64,000 bases of DNA from Bythopirellula sp. (GTDB lineage: Bacteria; Planctomycetota; Planctomycetia; Pirellulales; Lacipirellulaceae): positions 2,144,001-2,208,000 of the forward strand of contig OZ244170.1 in the NCBI GenBank assembly GCA_965216565.1. The letters run 5' to 3'. Position numbers and translations under genes: made by a program. A model generated the notes under the pieces. That model was given only the letters and a program-made list of their open reading frames with translations, had not been told where the DNA came from and searched no databases. Positions 57,631 to 64,000 of the stretch are shown here, piece by piece (position 1 is the stretch's first letter; each line of letters begins with the position of its first letter).

Positions 57631-59013
57631 ATGATCACCCTCCTCACAACCGTAACTTGCCTTGGCACATTGCTCGCCCTCGCTGTGCAACTGTACCGTT
57701 GCGTCTTGAAGCGTTCTTGGCATGCGAAGCTGAGTCTGCCTGAGTTGACGGCCTATATTGGCAAGGAATCGCATCGCGTAGGCGACGTGGTACAGGTATG
57801 CGTGCATTCCACACAGAAGGCGCGGGCCACATTACTTCGGTTGGGCAAGACCCTGGAAGAAGTTGAGCGGTCTCAGGAAATCGAACCCCACGAGCAATCG
57901 CCGGTGTACGACCGTTGGCAGGGGCTACGTTGGCAGCCGAATTTGGAGATTGAAACGACAGACCTGTTGCCTGGGGCTTATTGTCTCGTCTTTCGGACTG
58001 TGGATGATCCTGACGTTACTTACCGTGTGCCTTTACTGCTGCGATCGGCTAAGTCGCGAGCAGTTGCTGTTGTGGCCTCGACGAATACCTGGCAAGCGTA
58101 CAACGATTTCGCTGGGCTTTCGAACTATGCAGACCACGTTTCGCCCTGGCCGCTGAGTTGGGCGAAAAGACTGATGGCCCTGCTGAATATCCAATTTCAG
58201 ATTGGCGATCGCCATCACTTCCCCAGTGTGCCGCTGCCGACAAACCGACCGAATGACGCCATTGACCTCGATCTGCGAGAACTGCAGTCGTGCCCCATCG
58301 AGAACTTCTCACACCTCTTGCGAGCTGAGTGGTCGCTCTTGAGATTCCTGGAAGAAAAAGACATCGAGTACAACCTTTACAGCGACCGCGACTTGGCACA
58401 GGCCCCAGAAATCACAGACGCCGATATTCTGATTTTCAATACACACAGCGAGTATTGGTCGGAAGAGATGATCGGGCGGCTCCAGGCCTACTTGTTTTCT
58501 GGTGGCCAGGCCCTATTCGTTTCAGGGAACAATCAATACCGCAAAGTCGATCTGCTGGAAGACTCCCTCGTGGTTTATGACTTCAAGACCGACGCCAAGG
58601 AAACATCGGAGCTACTTGGATCTGCCTACGACGCGCGTGGTTATCAAACTTACGGTGGATTCCGGATAGCGGCTGCCGAACATTGGTTGTTCGACAGCCT
58701 AGACGTCGCGACGGGGGATCTGTTCGCTCACGCCGTTGGCCACACCGGCCGACCACTGGGGGCCAGTGGCTATGAAACAGACAAACTCACAGCACACAGC
58801 GGGGCCGTCACGGTATTGGCCATTGGTGACAATCGAGAAGGACCTGCTTACATGGTGTACAAGCAAGTCGGTGACGGTGCGGTGCTAAATACGGGATCCG
58901 TGGCCAGCGCCCCTTGGGTGGAGAAAGATCCTGTCCTAGGCGGGCTTGTGACTCGGTTTATCAACAACGCCGTATCTCAAGCGGAACTGAAACAGGAGCG
59001 GGATGCCGCGTGA
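57631..59013 (+). CDS. N,N-dimethylformamidase beta-subunit-like domain protein with N-terminal anchor
   Basis: TNTWQAYN, HSEYWS, FVSGN, GYETD motifs. Confidence 0.7.
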   Translation: MITLLTTVTCLGTLLALAVQLYRCVLKRSWHAKLSLPELTAYIGKESHRVGDVVQVCVHSTQKARATLLRLGKTLEEVERSQEIEPHEQSPVYDRWQGLRWQPNLEIETTDLLPGAYCLVFRTVDDPDVTYRVPLLLRSAKSRAVAVVASTNTWQAYNDFAGLSNYADHVSPWPLSWAKRLMALLNIQFQIGDRHHFPSVPLPTNRPNDAIDLDLRELQSCPIENFSHLLRAEWSLLRFLEEKDIEYNLYSDRDLAQAPEITDADILIFNTHSEYWSEEMIGRLQAYLFSGGQALFVSGNNQYRKVDLLEDSLVVYDFKTDAKETSELLGSAYDARGYQTYGGFRIAAAEHWLFDSLDVATGDLFAHAVGHTGRPLGASGYETDKLTAHSGAVTVLAIGDNREGPAYMVYKQVGDGAVLNTGSVASAPWVEKDPVLGGLVTRFINNAVSQAELKQERDAA

Positions 59014-59095
59014 GAGATTGGTACACGGGAGCCTGAGCGATCAGAACTCTCTGAGAACTCAAGTAATACACAGATAACGAGAAAAGGAATTCGCG

Positions 59096-60544
59096 TTGCT
59101 GGAATCTATCCATATCCTTGTCTTTGCAGTGTGCGCATGCCAATGCTTGCTAGCGATGAAATCGATGCACACGCGGTTCCTCAAATTCCTGCTATTTGCC
59201 GGCATCGGACTGATCCACGGCATCGTGCCTGCGATCGCACCTTACTCTTCCGTCAACGCGACGGACGAAATGCGAATCCAAGCCGCCTGGTTCGCTTTGG
59301 TGGGTACGTTGGCCTTGTCTTTGGGCTGGGCATTGGCGGAACGATTCATGCACCGGAAGAATCAAACTTTGCCGACGGCGGCTCAGATACTTCGCCAACC
59401 TCGTCTACGACGTCGGCTCGAGTATCTGTTCTTTTCTGCCGCTCTAATTGGTGCTTTCGCGTGGCCTGCTTATATCTATGCATTGGGAAGTACCTTTGGC
59501 GAATATGCCGAGGAAAGCCGCTTTGCATTTCGCGGCAGCGGCAATGCAATCCTCACTTGGGTACTTTCCGGATTAATGAACTTGGCGTTCCTGCCAGGGT
59601 TCTTGGGCTTCTTCCTGTCTCCTAGGCATCGACTGTTGGGCGTGGGCTACGCCATTGCCTACGCGGCAATGTTTTATCTGGTTTCCAGCGGTACGCGCGG
59701 CTTTCCGATCGGACTGTTGGGGGCCGTGCTGAGTGGCTACGTTCTGCACCGACCCCAATCGTTCTCGCGCCTGTTTTGGACCGGTTGCAGCGTCGGTGCG
59801 ATGGTCTTCTTGATGGTCGGCTTGCTCCCGCTACGTTGGCAAATGGCCAATCTTACGCTCCCAGAGATGGGCGAATTGTTACTGTCGGCAGAGACTTACG
59901 AAGATATGCTCGTTCGCGATCCGTTGAACTACCATGAATACCTTGTGGAGGTGATGAGCTACTTCCCGGAACATCACGACTTTGTGGATGCGGCTTCTTA
60001 CCGGAGGATCCTGTTCTTCTATTTGCCACACTCTCAGTTCCCCGATCTCAAGCCAAAGGACCCCAACCGCATCGTCGCCCAACTGCTGTTCGATACCGAC
60101 TTAGATATGGATTGGATGCATCCGCCCTCTATCTTTGGCGACGCGTTTATTAATTTCGAAGGTTGGTACGGAATTGGGCATTTGATCTTGGTCGGACTGT
60201 TGCTGGCGTGGCTATCGCGGACTGTTCATTTCCATTTACTTTGGCTAATGGTGCTAGCACCAAACCTCGTGTACTTCACATTTATCGGCATCCGAGGCCA
60301 ACCGTATACGCTGGCTATTAACTCGCTAACCATGACGGTTTACGTGGGACTGGTGATGGTCAAGCTCGGTCTCCCTCTCCGTGGCATTGAACGTATCGCG
60401 ACCAAGCGGCAGTTGGTACCATCTGTGCCGTCCCGCAGGCAGACAACTCAGCGGCAAATAAGAGGGCGACAGATAAAACGACTGCCCCCGCGCCATAGAT
60501 TGGCAACGCCAAATCGCGTGAACCGCAGGACAAACAGGCCCTAA
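59096..60544 (+). CDS. Putative polysaccharide polymerase Wzy
   Basis: About 10 TMs, SGTRG, periplasmic loop, PSIFGDAFINF; adjacent to flippase. Confidence 0.65.
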   Translation: MLESIHILVFAVCACQCLLAMKSMHTRFLKFLLFAGIGLIHGIVPAIAPYSSVNATDEMRIQAAWFALVGTLALSLGWALAERFMHRKNQTLPTAAQILRQPRLRRRLEYLFFSAALIGAFAWPAYIYALGSTFGEYAEESRFAFRGSGNAILTWVLSGLMNLAFLPGFLGFFLSPRHRLLGVGYAIAYAAMFYLVSSGTRGFPIGLLGAVLSGYVLHRPQSFSRLFWTGCSVGAMVFLMVGLLPLRWQMANLTLPEMGELLLSAETYEDMLVRDPLNYHEYLVEVMSYFPEHHDFVDAASYRRILFFYLPHSQFPDLKPKDPNRIVAQLLFDTDLDMDWMHPPSIFGDAFINFEGWYGIGHLILVGLLLAWLSRTVHFHLLWLMVLAPNLVYFTFIGIRGQPYTLAINSLTMTVYVGLVMVKLGLPLRGIERIATKRQLVPSVPSRRQTTQRQIRGRQIKRLPPRHRLATPNRVNRRTNRP

Positions 60545-60561
60545 AGTCATGGAAGACAGGC

Positions 60562-61902
60562 GTGCAACTAGCTCCATTCACCAAAAACAAGTTTTGGCAA
60601 AAGGTGGGGATTGTGTCTCTCGGCACAATCGTGTCGCACGCGCTCATCCTGGTGGCTTCGCCAGTTATTGCACTGCTCTATAGCCCGGCCCAATTTGGCA
60701 CGTACATGCTCTACGGGGCGTTCTTGTCTTTCTTAGCAATTCTCGTGACGTTTCGTTATGAAGTTGCCATCTCTATCTCCAAAGCTGCGCAGGAAGCGCG
60801 ATCGCTTGTGGTGCTTGTGCTACTCTCAGCCTGTACCCTGAGTGCGGTGTTGGCGGTGGCAATTTCGTTGCTGGACCTCTCCGCAATTTTGGCGATGTTC
60901 GATGCCATCGGTCTCAAGAGCGTTCTGTACTTCCTCGTCGCGGGATGTCTCCTCGAGGGGTACTTGCGACCCATGCGAGCGTGGAACATCCGCAGCGGCA
61001 ACATGCCCGCGCTAGCCTATGCGAAGATGACGCAGAGTTTCACGCTAGTCTCGACTCAAGTTGCTTGCAGTATGTTGGGGCACATCGGACTGTTAGTGGG
61101 CGACCTTATTAGCCGATTTGCCGCCGGCTCGATGCACTTGCTGATGGCCAAACGACGCCATGAATGGCCTTTGGAATCACAATCGCTCGATTCCATCACT
61201 AGCGTTGCCAAACGGTATCGCCGCTTTCCCATGTACTCCACATGGGCGACCGTTTGCAATCAGTTCGTCGACTCGGGCCCGTTGCTTCTGTTGGGTGCCC
61301 TGTTCAATCCGGCAATTGCCGGCATGTTCGCGATGGCCCATCGCGCATTGATGGGCCCGCTGCTTGTTTTTAGTACATCAATCACTCAGGTCTATGTCGC
61401 CGAGGCATCGCAAGCGATTCGTGAAGAACCTGAGCGGCTTAAGAAACTCTTCTGGCAAACGTCTGCTAGGCTAGCAGGATTGGGAGTCGTTCCTATCTTG
61501 TGCCTCGCCGGTATGGGGCCGACCCTCTTCGCTTGGTTTTTCGATGCGGGTTGGCAGCAGTCGGGGCAGTTTATGGTGCTTTTGGCCCCCGCGGCTTTGG
61601 GCCAGTTCCTGGTGGGCCCCGTCTACCAAACCCTGGACTTGCTGCAAAAGCAAAAGTGGACGCTGGCACTCAATGGTATCGGACTGGGCGGGGTGACGCT
61701 CGTCTTTTACAGTGCTAGCCACCTGCAATGGTCAGCCGCTAGCACGGTTGGCATCTACAGCGCCTGGGTTTTCGGCTACAACCTCTGCCTATATCTGTGT
61801 GCCGCCTTTGCGGTTCATCGGCACAGCTCCCAACTAAGCCCCGTGAACACAAGTTGCAGTGCAGTCGCTGAAAACAACCCAGGCACTCCCGCAGCAGCCT
61901 AA
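60562..61902 (+). CDS. wzx: Polysaccharide flippase Wzx
   Basis: YSPAQFG, FRYEVAI, YRRFPMYS, about 12 TMs. Confidence 0.88.
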   Translation: MQLAPFTKNKFWQKVGIVSLGTIVSHALILVASPVIALLYSPAQFGTYMLYGAFLSFLAILVTFRYEVAISISKAAQEARSLVVLVLLSACTLSAVLAVAISLLDLSAILAMFDAIGLKSVLYFLVAGCLLEGYLRPMRAWNIRSGNMPALAYAKMTQSFTLVSTQVACSMLGHIGLLVGDLISRFAAGSMHLLMAKRRHEWPLESQSLDSITSVAKRYRRFPMYSTWATVCNQFVDSGPLLLLGALFNPAIAGMFAMAHRALMGPLLVFSTSITQVYVAEASQAIREEPERLKKLFWQTSARLAGLGVVPILCLAGMGPTLFAWFFDAGWQQSGQFMVLLAPAALGQFLVGPVYQTLDLLQKQKWTLALNGIGLGGVTLVFYSASHLQWSAASTVGIYSAWVFGYNLCLYLCAAFAVHRHSSQLSPVNTSCSAVAENNPGTPAAA

Positions 61903-61927
61903 ATCCAGTTTCCCATTAGGACTTAAC

Positions 61928-63073
61928 ATGAAGATTGTCTTTTTGCTTGGCACCGATGGCGCGGATGTGCGCAGCATCAAGACTTGCCGTTCGCTGGTGC
62001 GTCTTGGCCACGAAGTCCACTTTGTAGGCTGGAATCGCCGCGAGGAAGCACCGATTTGCCGCGTTGCTGAAGTCAACTTGCACCTGATGCAAATGCCAGT
62101 GCCACACGGCAGGTCGACCGTGTGGGGCCAGCTGAAGTTCGCCGGCTATGCTGCCGGAAGACTCCGTGCGATCCGCCCCGATGTAGTTTGTGCGATCAAC
62201 GAAGACAATGTGCTCCGTGCCGCCCCATTCAAGAGAATATTTTTCGATCGCCTGGTTTGTGATTTTTACGATAGCCACGCTGACCGATTCAGCAACGCAC
62301 CGTTCCCGATTCGCTGGCTCGTAAACGGTGCAAGTAGCTTCTGCAAGTCGATCTCGGATCGATTGACCGTCACAGACACCTATCGCTGGGCACGTCTTGG
62401 CAAGTATCGCAGCAAAGCAACGATCGTTCAAAATGTTCCCGAGGATCCCGGCGAGCAGCTTTCGCTCAATTTCCCGCAAGGCCCCACCAAGATCTTTGTC
62501 ACGGGAGCAATGAGCAAGCGTCGCGGTCTGAAGCAAATCCTAGAGGCAGTTGAGCGATCCCCCGAGGCCACCATTGTTGCTGCCGGGATGCCTAGCGACG
62601 AATTCGCTGCGGAAACATTCATCAAACACCAACGGGTCGACTACCGGGGAGTTGTCACGCCTGCCGAGTCTTTAGAACTCGCCTCTCACTGCGATGCTGT
62701 GTTCGCCTTTTACGAACCCAGTTGCGAGAATCATCTGTTTGCCAGTCCCAACAAATTGTTCGATGGAATGAGCGTGGGACGCCCCGTAATCATCAATTCG
62801 GAAGTCAAGATGTCCGAGCTGGCCGAGCGGCTCACCGTCGGTCTGTTATGCGAGTACAACGATGCCAAAGGACTGCAGGCAATTGTCGAATCGCTGCCGA
62901 ATCGCCGTAGGAACCTGCCAGAATTCGCCGCCACGGCCCGAAAATCATTTCTCGAGGACCACTCTTGGGAAAAGATGGAACTCACGATCGCGGAGCTGTA
63001 CGAGTCGCTAGATGATAGCACTCAAGCGTCGCACTACGAAGCTGCCACGCACCCCGCGCCGCGAGCGGCTTAG
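61928..63073 (+). CDS. Glycosyltransferase family 4
   Basis: GHEVHFVGW, SPNKLFDGMSVGRPVI, HSWE. Confidence 0.88.
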   Translation: MKIVFLLGTDGADVRSIKTCRSLVRLGHEVHFVGWNRREEAPICRVAEVNLHLMQMPVPHGRSTVWGQLKFAGYAAGRLRAIRPDVVCAINEDNVLRAAPFKRIFFDRLVCDFYDSHADRFSNAPFPIRWLVNGASSFCKSISDRLTVTDTYRWARLGKYRSKATIVQNVPEDPGEQLSLNFPQGPTKIFVTGAMSKRRGLKQILEAVERSPEATIVAAGMPSDEFAAETFIKHQRVDYRGVVTPAESLELASHCDAVFAFYEPSCENHLFASPNKLFDGMSVGRPVIINSEVKMSELAERLTVGLLCEYNDAKGLQAIVESLPNRRRNLPEFAATARKSFLEDHSWEKMELTIAELYESLDDSTQASHYEAATHPAPRAA

Positions 63074-63253
63074 CGCGGCTAATCTGGGTGACTAACGCTC
63101 ACATTGCTAGCGGTTTGCCCCTAAGTGGCAATGGCTCTCGCGAAGGTGAAAATCTCTCTTTAGCCCTGGGCTCTGCTTTCCTATGATACCGCCCCGCGCC
63201 TCCACCCGTTCGAGGCAATTCTGGAAACGTTTATTCGAAAGACCTCGTCCCTC

Positions 63254-64000
63254 ATGCGAGCCTGGCTACTTAGCATTGGCGAACCGTTGCCCTGCGATGG
63301 CAAAGGCGACCGTCTCTGGCGGACCGGACACCTGGCCAAGGCGCTGGTCAATGCGGGGCACGAAGTGCGTTGGTGGACTTCGACTTTCCACCACAAAGAA
63401 AAAAAGCAACGTGCGAACGAAGATCACACTTGGAGCTTTCTACCAGGTTGCGAACTACAATTACTGCACGCTAATAGTTACCGCAGAAACATCTCGTTTG
63501 CCCGTTACCGAAATCACCGCACCCTTGCCAAACGGTTTCTGCAGCAAGCGAGCGAGCTAGCTCCGCCAGACATTATTGTCAGCTCGCTACCAACGCTCGA
63601 CTTCTGCGCTGCCGCAACTAAGTATGGAAAAGAACATGACGTCCCGGTAGTGATCGATGTCCGGGACTTGTGGCCCGATATCTTTGTTGATTGCTCTCCG
63701 CAACTGATGCGTTCCTCCGCGAGGTTGCTTCTTTCGCCCCTCTTCCGACAAGCGCAGCAAGCATGTGCAGCAGCGACAGGCCTCACCGGCATTACGGATG
63801 CCTTTGTCGATTGGGCGGTGGATAAGGTGGGACGCGAGAGAAATCAATTCGATCAGTCCTTCCCCATGGGATATTCAGAAACCACGCCCAGTTCGGATGA
63901 GATTCAGGCGGCAGAACATTTCTGGGCAGAGCATGGGGTCACTGCGGACAGTAACGAGTTCACCATTTGCTTTTTCGGCACCCTGGGACGTCACTTTGAA
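63254..64000 (+). CDS. Glycosyltransferase family 4, N-terminal part (runs off window)
   Basis: Not in ORF track. MRAWLLSIGEPLP..LVNAGHEVRWWTSTFHH..PDIIV..VVIDVRDLWPD. Confidence 0.85.
   Translation, partial: MRAWLLSIGEPLPCDGKGDRLWRTGHLAKALVNAGHEVRWWTSTFHHKEKKQRANEDHTWSFLPGCELQLLHANSYRRNISFARYRNHRTLAKRFLQQASELAPPDIIVSSLPTLDFCAAATKYGKEHDVPVVIDVRDLWPDIFVDCSPQLMRSSARLLLSPLFRQAQQACAAATGLTGITDAFVDWAVDKVGRERNQFDQSFPMGYSETTPSSDEIQAAEHFWAEHGVTADSNEFTICFFGTLGRHFE

Noticed and set aside
1..64000. Transposases, integrases, prophage, CRISPR arrays, rRNA
   Set aside because: None recognised in the ORF track or sequence.

Overview
Bacterial chromosomal window, most likely a planctomycete (Pirellulales/Lacipirellulaceae-like). 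This is inferred from the multiple CsrA paralogues, sulfatases, DUF1080/DUF1570-type proteins and a PEP-CTERM protein with GDANxDG repeats. There are four blocks. (1) 1-10.8 kb: a carbohydrate/sulfated-glycan degradation cluster (GH78, DUF5060 glycosidase-like, two sulfatases, DUF1080, Tat-exported Gfo/Idh/MocA, aldose epimerase) ending at tRNA-Ser(GGA). (2) 11-31 kb: housekeeping and accessory genes (rho behind a ~800-nt hairpin-rich leader, arfB, AAA ATPase, response regulator, CpsB phosphatase, csrA). (3) 31-38.3 kb: a signalling module with a CheB-CheR-PAS hybrid kinase, a His-less DHp-like mini-protein, a CsrA-DHp-REC fusion, a terminator-ended structured RNA with two AAGGAUUG loops, and a third csrA. 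(4) 40.9-64 kb: a Wzx/Wzy-type polysaccharide locus with a WbpA/B/D/E-like pathway, an ACP/GNAT/FabH acylation cassette and a dimethylformamidase-like protein. The best candidate for an undescribed system is a phosphorelay-coupled Csr circuit: three CsrA paralogues, GGA-loop hairpins at their leaders, sigma54 promoters and a candidate sponge RNA. A second notable signal is strong enrichment of C-terminal Ala-Ala (ClpXP-degron-like) ends in the polysaccharide locus. All calls come from motif reading by eye; no searches or folding programs were run.
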